A DNA stretch of 64,000 nt from a phage, in the NCBI GenBank assembly GCA_017822615.1, contig GCA_017822615.1_4530.1. One strand, 5' to 3'. The notes below the pieces were generated by a model. That model had not been told where the DNA came from, made no database searches, and was given only the letters and a program-made list of their open reading frames with translations. The position numbers were made by a program, and so were the translations under genes. This document shows positions 27,815 to 36,544 of the stretch, one piece after another; positions within the stretch are counted from its first letter, which is position 1; each line of letters begins with the position of its first letter.

Positions 27815-28064
27815 TGAGCAAAAAGTAAATAAACGATGCCTTACCATTAAAGATTTGGATGTAGGAGATACTTTCGTCTATGAAAATGCATTTGACGAAA
27901 ATGGTTTAGACCTTAGTGAAATCATTGTTTATTTAAAAGTAGATGATGGGGAAAATGATTATTCTGCTGTAGAACTAAACCATCATGCACAATTAGTATC
28001 AATCCAAAACACATCTAAGCTTTTGGAAGTAGAATTGACTGTAACTGGTATTACACTTAAATAA
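27795..28064 (+). CDS. small protein, paralog B of a duplicated family
   Basis: GTG start after AGGAGG; see paralog A. Confidence 0.45.
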   Translation: MLNFEIDEQKVNKRCLTIKDLDVGDTFVYENAFDENGLDLSEIIVYLKVDDGENDYSAVELNHHAQLVSIQNTSKLLEVELTVTGITLK

Positions 28065-28079
28065 TAGAGGAGACAAAAG

Positions 28080-28682
28080 ATGACTGATAAAATTTCCCTG
28101 AAAAAAGGTTCTAGCGAAAAAATTTCCCTGAAGAAAGTTGCTCCGGCTCTGAAAGAACTGCGTCTGGAATTCTCTTGGAAATCTGATTCTAAACTGGATC
28201 TGGATGTAAGTGCACTGGTTTGTCGTCACAATGCCGCTGGCAATCCTGAAATGCTGTCTGCACGTCATCTGGTTTGCTATGCTAACAAGTTTGATCCTGA
28301 ACGTTCTACCTTCGCTGGTGACGATGTTCGTGATGGAACTGGCAGCATGGAGCAGATTGATATTACTCTGGCTAAAATCTCTCCTGATGCACAAGAGATT
28401 GCCTTTGTTCTGACCATTGAGGATGATACAGGTCTGAAACGTTTTGGTCATGCTTCTGAAGGTATGCTTAAAATCTTCGACTCCGAGCGCAATGTGGAAA
28501 TTCTGGATTTTGACTTCCTGGCTCCTGAAGTAGCTGGCAACACAATCTGCCACGTGGCTTCCCTGGTTCGTGAAGATGGAGAATGGAAGCTGAAAGCATA
28601 TGGTGTAGGTAAAGCTGGTCTGGATATTTGCGATGTGGTGATGGCCTTCGGTGGTAAAAAAGAATGGTATGAATGTCCATAA
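28080..28682 (+). CDS. terD: TerD-family protein
   Basis: 200 aa aligns end to end with canonical TerD: N-terminal ISLKKG..ISLKK, LDLDVSALV, GDDVRDGTG, DGEWKLKAYGVGKAGL. Confidence 0.85.
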   Translation: MTDKISLKKGSSEKISLKKVAPALKELRLEFSWKSDSKLDLDVSALVCRHNAAGNPEMLSARHLVCYANKFDPERSTFAGDDVRDGTGSMEQIDITLAKISPDAQEIAFVLTIEDDTGLKRFGHASEGMLKIFDSERNVEILDFDFLAPEVAGNTICHVASLVREDGEWKLKAYGVGKAGLDICDVVMAFGGKKEWYECP

Positions 28683-28698
28683 TAATTAACAAATGATT

Positions 28699-28718
28699 TT
28701 GAGGGGGAGAAGTCCCCC
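28699..28718 (+). terminator. GC-rich hairpin after terD (weak terminator)
   Basis: GAGGGGGA-gaag-TCCCCCTC; only TT following. Confidence 0.35.
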
Positions 28719-28781
28719 TCTTGCAATAAAGCCTCTATCGTGTTATACTAGAAGTTCGTTAACTTAAAAAGGAGGCAAAAT

Positions 28782-29588
28782 TTGCTGATAAAAAACTTTG
28801 TAACAGTTGCGTTACTATCCTTAACTGCTTTTACATTTACACCTGTTGTGGCGAAAGCCGAAGCTGCAAACGTAAAAACCGCTAAAGTAGTTCACAAATG
28901 TACAAAGCAATATAATGATAAAATTCTATTAGCTTGTGCAATTTACGCAGAAGGTCGCGGTCTGGGTAAAAAAGGAATGAATGCCGTTGGGAATGTGGTA
29001 ATCAACAGAAGAAATGATGCCTACTTCCCTAACACAGTCAAGGGAGTCTTGTTCCAGAAAGGGCAATTCTCATATGCGAAAACTTTTAACGTGACAGAGA
29101 AAGATAAGTGGCAGGAAGCAAAAGCAATAGCGGAGCGTTTACTTTATTTAGAGAAACATTTTCCTGAATTGCGGTCTGTTTTAGATGTTACTAAAGGTGC
29201 TCTATACTTCAAGAAACGGAATATAAGGACACACTGGGAGCGTGATATGCGTCTTGTTTATCGAGATAAAGTGCATGGTTTCTATCTACCAAAGGGAGTT
29301 AAAATGCAAGAAGATAATACTGTTGTTGTAGCAAGTTACCTGGTTGTCGGTCTTACCGAAGAGGACGTATACTACACCCGTAAACATTTGGAAGCATACG
29401 CTACTTTGTTTATGGAAGATGAAAAGGATGTAGATAAATATAGCATTGATATGATCAACGACAGTATTTATCCTTGTATGGTTCTTAAAGTAGATGCTGT
29501 GCTGTGGGAGCGTTTTGCAAGGACTCATGATGCTGTAGAATGCTCCGCAGTAATGTCTCAAAACAACATTTTAGGGGAGATTCACTGA
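28782..29588 (+). CDS. cell-wall hydrolase (SleB/CwlJ-like) with N-terminal signal/SAR segment
   Basis: TTG start after AAGGAGG; hydrophobic N-terminus then LLACAIYAEGRG...VGNVVINRR...QKGQFSY matching the SleB-type hydrolase core. Confidence 0.5.
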   Translation: MLIKNFVTVALLSLTAFTFTPVVAKAEAANVKTAKVVHKCTKQYNDKILLACAIYAEGRGLGKKGMNAVGNVVINRRNDAYFPNTVKGVLFQKGQFSYAKTFNVTEKDKWQEAKAIAERLLYLEKHFPELRSVLDVTKGALYFKKRNIRTHWERDMRLVYRDKVHGFYLPKGVKMQEDNTVVVASYLVVGLTEEDVYYTRKHLEAYATLFMEDEKDVDKYSIDMINDSIYPCMVLKVDAVLWERFARTHDAVECSAVMSQNNILGEIH

Positions 29589-29818
29589 TGGGAGAAGTCA
29601 TTGAAGTAAATTTTCGCACTAAACAAAAAGTGCAAAAATATGTTGTTATTAAAAACATTTGCGTTGTCTGCTTCAATACTGTAATATACGATTCACGACG
29701 CGGAGAAAACGAAAATGAACCTTACATTGAAATTTCTAAGAACAAAGGTCAATGTATTTGTAAGAACTGTGCAGTAGCTATTAAGGAGGTTGTAAATGAA
29801 AACGCTTGGGACCAATGA
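29588..29818 (+). CDS. small Zn-finger-like protein
   Basis: start moved to ATG 29588 (MGEVIEV...); CVVC...CKNC pairs. Confidence 0.4.
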   Translation: MGEVIEVNFRTKQKVQKYVVIKNICVVCFNTVIYDSRRGENENEPYIEISKNKGQCICKNCAVAIKEVVNENAWDQ

Positions 29819-29987
29819 AACTGGTGAGATCTCTCTTCAAGAAGTGACAAACGACAAGCTGATTAAACTACGGGATGTAGCTCGTGACCATCTCCAAGAA
29901 TCTTTTAAAGAATATATGGAAGCACGAGATCGTGTCATCCAAATCCAACAAGAAATGATTAAACGTGGGATTGTAGCTGACAGTTAA
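29796..29987 (+). CDS. hypothetical protein
   Basis: 63 aa. Confidence 0.35.
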   Translation: MKTLGTNETGEISLQEVTNDKLIKLRDVARDHLQESFKEYMEARDRVIQIQQEMIKRGIVADS

Positions 29988-30003
29988 TATAACGGAGGGG
30001 AGA

Positions 30004-30567
30004 ATGATTTATTATATTACTCCCTATCTGACAGGAAATATCGGCAAGGCTATCAATGAAGCTATTGCCGTTCTTCCAGATGATAGTTGGGTGTGCTTAA
30101 GAGATACCGATACAATGTTCCTCCTGCCTGATCAACCATCTATGCTTGAAGAGCTTATTATGTCAAACCCGCCTTTTGATGTAATAGGTGCAACTTGTAA
30201 CAGGTTAGGTAGTGGTTATCAGCTTTTCTCTAACCAAATTAACGATGATCCAAATATTCTAAACCATATAGAATATGCTAAGATTGCAAGAGAATATCAT
30301 AAAGTGAGTGTTGAAGAAGTTCCTTTCGGAACACCTCTGGCAGGTTTCTTTTTGCTTTTTAGAAAATCATTGTGGAATGAAATTCCTTTCGAAGAAAAAT
30401 CTATCCAATTCGACCTAATTTTCTCTCGCACTTTACATGAAAAAGGAAAAAGGTTAGGATTGATGCGGGGAATGTATCTGTTTCACATTTACAGATTAGG
30501 TCAAACAAATCCTCAACGGTCTATACATCATTTATTACACTGTCACGATCACAGTAAAACTATCTAG
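30004..30567 (+). CDS. putative glycosyltransferase
   Basis: 187 aa with DTD acidic motif; weak. Confidence 0.3.
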   Translation: MIYYITPYLTGNIGKAINEAIAVLPDDSWVCLRDTDTMFLLPDQPSMLEELIMSNPPFDVIGATCNRLGSGYQLFSNQINDDPNILNHIEYAKIAREYHKVSVEEVPFGTPLAGFFLLFRKSLWNEIPFEEKSIQFDLIFSRTLHEKGKRLGLMRGMYLFHIYRLGQTNPQRSIHHLLHCHDHSKTI

Positions 30568-30575
30568 GAGAGAAA

Positions 30576-31259
30576 ATGGAAAATATTAAAATCGGAGTGG
30601 GTGTTATCACTGTAGGTGTCCGTCCACTTAAAGACTATCTTGTAACAGATCCACATGCAGATTTTCGAGTATTCAACGATCCAGATCGTAAAGGTGTAGC
30701 TTACGCCAGGAATGAACTTATGCACCAGTTTTATGAAGAAGGTTATGATTATTGGTTTATTTTTGACGACGATTGCTACCCAATCATGGAGGGATGGGAA
30801 ACATATTTTGTAGATCAAGCTGTCTCTGGAGGATGGGATTTCTTTGGTATGCCGGAGTATTTCAAAGATAAAGTTGTTGGGAGTAAAGGAGAAGTTATTC
30901 TCTGGGAACTTGCAATGTGTCAATTTGCAATGTATTCTCGTGCCGTTGTTGAGAAGATGGGTTATTTCCGCCCTTACACTCACGGCTATGGTTTTGAAGA
31001 TGCTGAATGGGTACACCGTTTGAAAGCTGCTGGTTTGAATCAGGGCATTCAGGCAATACCTTGTCCACTTCGTATCATGGCTTATATCCACCCAGACGAT
31101 GTTTTTGGAAACAATCCTATGCCTTTTGCTAATCTGACAAAAGAAGAGAAAGAAGCTGCTATTGGCATTAACTGGGAAGAATATAAAGCGTCTTTAGAAG
31201 ATATTAAAAATGGGAAAATCCGAATTTCTTATGAGGAGGCACTGGCACATGTCAAATAA
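30576..31259 (+). CDS. glycosyltransferase, GT-A (family 2-like)
   Basis: GVAYARN and FIFDDDCYP (DxD) motifs. Confidence 0.5.
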   Translation: MENIKIGVGVITVGVRPLKDYLVTDPHADFRVFNDPDRKGVAYARNELMHQFYEEGYDYWFIFDDDCYPIMEGWETYFVDQAVSGGWDFFGMPEYFKDKVVGSKGEVILWELAMCQFAMYSRAVVEKMGYFRPYTHGYGFEDAEWVHRLKAAGLNQGIQAIPCPLRIMAYIHPDDVFGNNPMPFANLTKEEKEAAIGINWEEYKASLEDIKNGKIRISYEEALAHVK

Positions 31260-32196
31260 AAAATGGACTAAACTGAAAATTGATGCAAAACCTCACAGTG
31301 GTTGTGATTATCATCGTATTGTTATACCATTTAACAACAATAATTTTCAGCCTAAGAAAGATGTTGTCGTGTTTAACCGTATTCATTCTAAAGGGGCAGA
31401 ATATGTTCTGTCCCTGAAACGTCAAGGTGTTAAGATTGTTGTAGATTTAGATGATTTCTACCAACTTAATCCAGAACATTATTTAGCAAGTTTATATGAG
31501 TCAAACACTCATGCTATTGTAGCTATGGTTAAGCTTGCCGATGTGGTCATTGTGACTACGGAATATTTGGCATATAAGATCCGTCACTTAAATAGGAATG
31601 TTGTTGTGATCCGAAATGCACTTCCTTTTGATAGCGGACAATTCACTTTGTCAAATGATCGTTCATCCGGTACCCCTGTTGTATGGGCTGGCGGTGCTAG
31701 TCACGAACCCGATTTACGACTAGTCTCTAATACTTTCGATGATGAACTTCTTACTATTGCAGGATATGAAGCATCGCAGAGTATCACAGGGCAAGAGTGG
31801 ATTAAGATCCGTAGAAATTTACCAAATGCCAAATATAAAGCTGCTGTAAAAGATTTAGATAATTACATGAGTGTTTACGAAAGTCATGCTATTGCTATAG
31901 CTCCTTTGGTAGATAATGATTTTAATAATTGTAAAAGTAATCTCAAAATCCTTGAAGCTGGGGCAAAAGGTATTCCGATTGTTTGTTCTAAGGTATTACC
32001 TTATTTTAACCCTGTAGATGCTCGCGCTGTTGCTTATGCAGAGAATAAAGCAGAATGGCATTACGAAATTGTTAAGCTTCTTCGAAATCCGAACTATCGG
32101 GAAGATCGCGGCTTGTTCTTAGCGGAACATGTTCGAACACATTATAATCTGGCAGATGCAAACGAATTGCGACGCCAGGTTATTGAAAGTTTGTAG
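31249..32196 (+). CDS. glycosyltransferase (GT-B-like), paralog 1
   Basis: start moved to ATG 31249 after GAGGAGG; C-terminal NCKSNLKILEAGAKGIPIVCS. Confidence 0.5.
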   Translation: MSNKKWTKLKIDAKPHSGCDYHRIVIPFNNNNFQPKKDVVVFNRIHSKGAEYVLSLKRQGVKIVVDLDDFYQLNPEHYLASLYESNTHAIVAMVKLADVVIVTTEYLAYKIRHLNRNVVVIRNALPFDSGQFTLSNDRSSGTPVVWAGGASHEPDLRLVSNTFDDELLTIAGYEASQSITGQEWIKIRRNLPNAKYKAAVKDLDNYMSVYESHAIAIAPLVDNDFNNCKSNLKILEAGAKGIPIVCSKVLPYFNPVDARAVAYAENKAEWHYEIVKLLRNPNYREDRGLFLAEHVRTHYNLADANELRRQVIESL

Positions 32197-32203
32197 GTGA
32201 AGT

Positions 32204-33147
32204 ATGGGACAAATAATTCTTGACAATCGTAACGGAATCAATTATAGTGTCTGCGATTTCCATAGGGTAGTGCTGCCTTACTCAAGGCAGTTCTCTTCAC
32301 AACCTAAACACAACGTTTTCGTTTTTAACGGAGTGCCAACAAAAGGTAAAGAGGGCTTTTAGCCCTTAAAAACCTGGGCTTTAAAATGGTTATGGATTTG
32401 GATGACTCTTTAGTTATTCCAAAAGGACACATGTTAGAAGGTATTTTTGAATCAGGTATTCGTGAACATTTAAAATGGTTTTTAGAGCACAGTGATCTTG
32501 TTACAACTACGACACCTGCCTTGCAAGTTGAACTTTCACAATACAATGATAATGTGCACATAATCCCTAATGGACTTCCTTACGATGAAGGTCAATTTGT
32601 GTTGACCCGTGATCGCTACTCCAAAACTCCATTAGTCTGGGCTGGAAGTGAAACACATAAACAAGATTTGGCTATCTTGCCCGATTTTGGTAAAGATCTT
32701 ACAATATGTGGTTTTCGTAGGGATTCTGAAGTTTTAAGTAGTCGTGAATGGTCTTTAATCAGGGAAAATGTAGCACCAACTTGTGTTTATGAAGGTGTAA
32801 GACCATATGCCAACTACATGGAATCTTACGATGGTCATCAAATCAGTCTTGCACCATTGATCGATAACGTGTTTAATAATGCAAAAAGCAATCTTAAAAT
32901 TCTTGAGGCAGGTGCTAAGGGTTTACCTTTAATCTGCTCTCCTCGTGAGAATTATCATACACAAGAGTTTAAAGATTTGTTATTCTTTGCTGAAACACCT
33001 TCCGAGTGGAAAGATATTACGGAATACTTATTAAGTGCTCCCGATGTTTGCATGGAGAAAGGATTAGCATTAGCTAAGTATGTCAGGACTCATTATCACA
33101 TTGATGTGTTGAATGAGCGTCGTAGACTTTTATTTGAGGAGCTATAA
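32204..33147 (+). pseudogene. glycosyltransferase paralog 2, interrupted by an apparent -1 frameshift in a TTTT run
   Basis: 52-codon N-terminal ORF (32204-32362) aligns with paralog 1 N-terminus then hits TAG; C-terminal ORF from 32386 continues the alignment in the -1 frame; junction at GGC-TTTT-AG (32354-32362). Confidence 0.45.
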
Positions 33148-33425
33148 TGATTAACACTTTTGATTTTGAATACACCACTCGTAACGGGAAAGCCTTGGTC
33201 GTGGAGGTGGATTACTATTATGAAGAACCTAATCCACTTTCTCGTGAAAGCGATTGGGATTACCACGGAGGGCTTTTAATTGACGGTATTCGTTTTTATG
33301 AAGGATCTACAGAAGTTTTTGAAAAAGATTTAAATGTAACTGTAGCAGAAATTGCTTTCCAATTTAGAAAGCACATGGAAGAACTAGAAGCAGAATATAT
33401 GATGGAGACTAACGAACCATTTTAA
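33147..33425 (+). CDS. hypothetical protein
   Basis: 92 aa, ATGA overlap. Confidence 0.45.
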   Translation: MINTFDFEYTTRNGKALVVEVDYYYEEPNPLSRESDWDYHGGLLIDGIRFYEGSTEVFEKDLNVTVAEIAFQFRKHMEELEAEYMMETNEPF

Positions 33426-33437
33426 CAGGAGAACAAA

Positions 33438-35216
33438 GTGTCGCACATTATAACTAAATATGGATTTGATGTTGATCTTAGCAAGGAAGGGCATACAGGT
33501 TGTCCGCGCTGCATGAAAAATGGCAAGGATCGCTCTCGTAATAACCTGATGGTTTATGGATTAGATTCTAATGGAGAGCATAAAGGTGCTAAGTGCTTTG
33601 CGTGTGAATACACTATTCCTAGCGTAGAATGGTTACGAGAAAATGGTGAAGTTTTAGAAGAAGAGGAGGAGATTGTGGGTTCGGAATTTAATAAACAGAT
33701 TCATCGTAAAATTGTTCAAGAAACATCAACCAACCCACGTGGTTATCGAGGCATTAAAGAAAAAGTTTCATCTTTCTATGGTGTTCGTTATGAATACCGT
33801 CAGGAAGGGGATCAGATGGTAGTAGAAAGTTGTTTATATCCAACTACTATCGGTAAAGAATTGGTTGGTTTTAAGCGTCGTATTCATCCTAAAGATTTCA
33901 GTAAACCTATTGGTCAAGTAGGTAAAGATGTAGATCTTTTTGGACAAATTCGTTTTGCAGACCGTTCTCATACTGTGGTAATTACAGGTGGTGAACACGA
34001 TGCTCTGGCAGCTTATCAAATGCTGTCTGAAAACTTGGACAACAAATATGAACTTCCAGCAGTAGTTAGTGGCACAACTGGTGAAACCAGTATGTATAAA
34101 CAAGTTCAGGCACAATACCCTTTCTTTGAAAAATTTAAGAAGATTATTGTTTGCATGGATAATGACAAAGCAGGTAATGAGGCATTTGAAAATATTGTTA
34201 AGGTGCTGCCTCGTAACAAAGTCTACCGTATGCAGATGGATCTTAAGGATGCCAATCAGTATCTGGAAGAAGGTCGTGCAAAAGATTTCGTAAAAGCTTT
34301 TTGGAGTGCTCGTCTATACACCCCAGCAGGTGTTTATGCTTCTAATGTCTTGTATGAAGCTGCATTAGAATGCTTGGAATCCAAGATGATTACCTTGCCT
34401 CCTTTTATGCGTGTTGCTGCAAATATGCTGGGTGGTGGTTTAGTAGAGGAAGAGATTACAGTCATCCTGGCAAAGACCAGTATCGGTAAAACTTTGATGG
34501 TGAACGAGATCACCAAACATATTATTGTTGCGCACCCAGAACATACCCTAGGTATTCTGTCCTTGGAAGCAACTTATAAGAAATATTCTCGTAACCTGTT
34601 GTCCTCGTTCCTGCATATTCCTCTACACAGGAAAACACCGGAAGAGAAATTTCAAATCTTGGAAGAGAATAAAGAAAAAATCCTAGATTTTTACGAAAGA
34701 GAAGATGGATCACCACGTTTTTATGTGTGTGATGATCGTGGAGCAGATGTGGAGTCTATCAAAGAAAAAGTTTTGGAGATGATCATCTATTTTGGAGTAA
34801 CAATTCTTGTTATCGACCCTTATTCTGATTTGCTTTCTGGTATGGATGTTCAAGCCCAGGAAGAGTTAGCAACATGGTTGAAGCGCATCATGAAAGAGTA
34901 TGCTATAACTATTATCGTCATCTCACACGTTAAGAAATCGGCTAATGGTGGCAATGAACACTTAACAGAGGACGATGCAATGGGTAGTAGTTTCTTGGCT
35001 AAAGGTGCTGGTATTACCTTGGCTTTGGAACGAGATAAAGCCGCTGAAGACCCTGTAGAACGCAATACGACTCATTGCTTTATCCTAAAAAACCGTGAGT
35101 TCTCGGAAACTGGTCCGGCAGGGCAGTTTTACTATGACATTAGAACTGCAACTCTGCATGACAAAGAGCAGTATTTCAACAATCCTGCTAATTTGCCTAC
35201 GGATAGCAACTACTAA
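33438..35216 (+). CDS. bifunctional primase-helicase (Zn ribbon + TOPRIM + DnaB-like helicase)
   Basis: GTG start; CPRC...CFAC zinc ribbon, TOPRIM acidic motifs (GGEHD, CMDNDKAGNEA), Walker A AKTSIGKT, Walker B VLVIDPYSD. Confidence 0.8.
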   Translation: MSHIITKYGFDVDLSKEGHTGCPRCMKNGKDRSRNNLMVYGLDSNGEHKGAKCFACEYTIPSVEWLRENGEVLEEEEEIVGSEFNKQIHRKIVQETSTNPRGYRGIKEKVSSFYGVRYEYRQEGDQMVVESCLYPTTIGKELVGFKRRIHPKDFSKPIGQVGKDVDLFGQIRFADRSHTVVITGGEHDALAAYQMLSENLDNKYELPAVVSGTTGETSMYKQVQAQYPFFEKFKKIIVCMDNDKAGNEAFENIVKVLPRNKVYRMQMDLKDANQYLEEGRAKDFVKAFWSARLYTPAGVYASNVLYEAALECLESKMITLPPFMRVAANMLGGGLVEEEITVILAKTSIGKTLMVNEITKHIIVAHPEHTLGILSLEATYKKYSRNLLSSFLHIPLHRKTPEEKFQILEENKEKILDFYEREDGSPRFYVCDDRGADVESIKEKVLEMIIYFGVTILVIDPYSDLLSGMDVQAQEELATWLKRIMKEYAITIIVISHVKKSANGGNEHLTEDDAMGSSFLAKGAGITLALERDKAAEDPVERNTTHCFILKNREFSETGPAGQFYYDIRTATLHDKEQYFNNPANLPTDSNY

Positions 35217-35236
35217 GGGCTTCGGCCCTTTTATTA
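35216..35236 (+). terminator. short hairpin terminator
   Basis: AGGGC-ttcg-GCCCT then TTTATT. Confidence 0.45.
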
Positions 35237-35246
35237 AAAATACCTG

Positions 35247-35275
35247 TTGACAACTTTGCGGAAGGGACTTATACT
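35247..35275 (+). promoter_or_regulatory. sigma70-like promoter
   Basis: TTGACA N17 TATACT. Confidence 0.5.
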
Positions 35276-35308
35276 TGTCTCATCAACCAAACAAGAGGAG
35301 AAGTAAAA

Positions 35309-35740
35309 ATGCGTATGACAATCGATCTGAATGCAAAAGTTAAAGCTGCTGGTGCTCTGGGTGCTGGTGTTATTAAACACAAACAAGCGTTGGCATTTGC
35401 CATCCCACACATGATTGTTGAGGATCATCCTGAAGAGTTTGCTGTAAAAGTTGTTGAGAACAATGTCTCTGTTATTGAACATATCCCAACTGGACGTTCT
35501 TACCGTGTTGTTTCTTCTAAAGGTTTCCGTTTCGATGTAAGCCCTTCTTTCACAAAAGGTGCTGGTCGTAGTAAAGTGGGTATTCTTTCTTACAAATATT
35601 ATATCGATAAAGTTGCAGATGGTGTTGCATTCTGTCGTGTAAGTGAAGGTAAAGTAGATATCATCTTTAAAAATACCAAAAACATGGTTATTTCTGACGA
35701 TGGTAAAGTTGACCTCACTATTGAGTTCGCTAACAACTAA
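35309..35740 (+). CDS. hypothetical protein
   Basis: 143 aa, AGGAG RBS. Confidence 0.45.
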   Translation: MRMTIDLNAKVKAAGALGAGVIKHKQALAFAIPHMIVEDHPEEFAVKVVENNVSVIEHIPTGRSYRVVSSKGFRFDVSPSFTKGAGRSKVGILSYKYYIDKVADGVAFCRVSEGKVDIIFKNTKNMVISDDGKVDLTIEFANN

Positions 35741-35749
35741 GGAGGACTA

Positions 35750-36544
35750 TTGAGCAAGTTGAACACACTTGATCAATATTACACTAACCCCGCTTATGCG
35801 GGGTTCTTATGTGATAAGATCAAAGAAATTTTTGGAGAGGAAGCTAACTACGTAGAACCATCTGCGGGAGAAGGAGCTTTCTCTTCTTGTTTTAAAAACA
35901 TAACTTCTTTTGATATTGACCCTAAGTTTGAAGATTGTATTGAGGCAGATTTTTTAGCTCAATCTGTTGAGTCTGTTGGTAGTGTAACTGCTTTTGTCGG
36001 TAATCCTCCGTTTGGAAAAAATGCTAGTCTTGCCATTAAGTTCTTTAACCATTGTGCTGAAATGTTGGATAACGAAGGTGGTATTTGTTTTATCTTGCCT
36101 CGCACATTTCAAAAAATCTTTTTTGCACACAAACTAAATCCCCACATGCATCTTCTTTACGAAGAAGAATGTCCAAAAGGATCTTTTATTCTTCATGGAG
36201 AACCTTGGGATGTTCCTTGTGTATTCCAGATATGGATTAAACGCAACGAGAAGCGTTCTCCCGTTGTTTTAGGAGAGAATCGACTATTCGTATTAGGTAA
36301 CAGTAAAGACTACGATATAGCCGTTAGGAGAGCGGGAGCAAGTGCAGGTAAAGTGTTATCAGAAGAAGATTCTTTATCTGAAGCATCTACCTATTTTTTA
36401 AAAGCCTTGACTTCTGATCTTAAAACGCGTATCATTGAGGCTTACCCGTTACTTAAAGCTGAAGCTAGTAAAACTGCGGGAGTAAGAAGTTTAAGTTTAA
36501 AAGAACTTCAGTGGGTTCTGGAGAACATTAGAAAGGAGGAATAG
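35750..36544 (+). CDS. N6-adenine DNA methyltransferase (orphan)
   Basis: TTG start; SAM-binding EPSAGEGAF and catalytic NPPFG motif; no adjacent nuclease. Confidence 0.65.
   Translation: MSKLNTLDQYYTNPAYAGFLCDKIKEIFGEEANYVEPSAGEGAFSSCFKNITSFDIDPKFEDCIEADFLAQSVESVGSVTAFVGNPPFGKNASLAIKFFNHCAEMLDNEGGICFILPRTFQKIFFAHKLNPHMHLLYEEECPKGSFILHGEPWDVPCVFQIWIKRNEKRSPVVLGENRLFVLGNSKDYDIAVRRAGASAGKVLSEEDSLSEASTYFLKALTSDLKTRIIEAYPLLKAEASKTAGVRSLSLKELQWVLENIRKEE

Noticed and set aside
32354-32362. Programmed ribosomal frameshift site in glycosyltransferase paralog
   Set aside because: No canonical slippery heptamer or downstream pseudoknot recognised; a homopolymer indel (sequencing or mutation) is the simpler explanation, so it is reported as a frameshifted gene rather than recoding.
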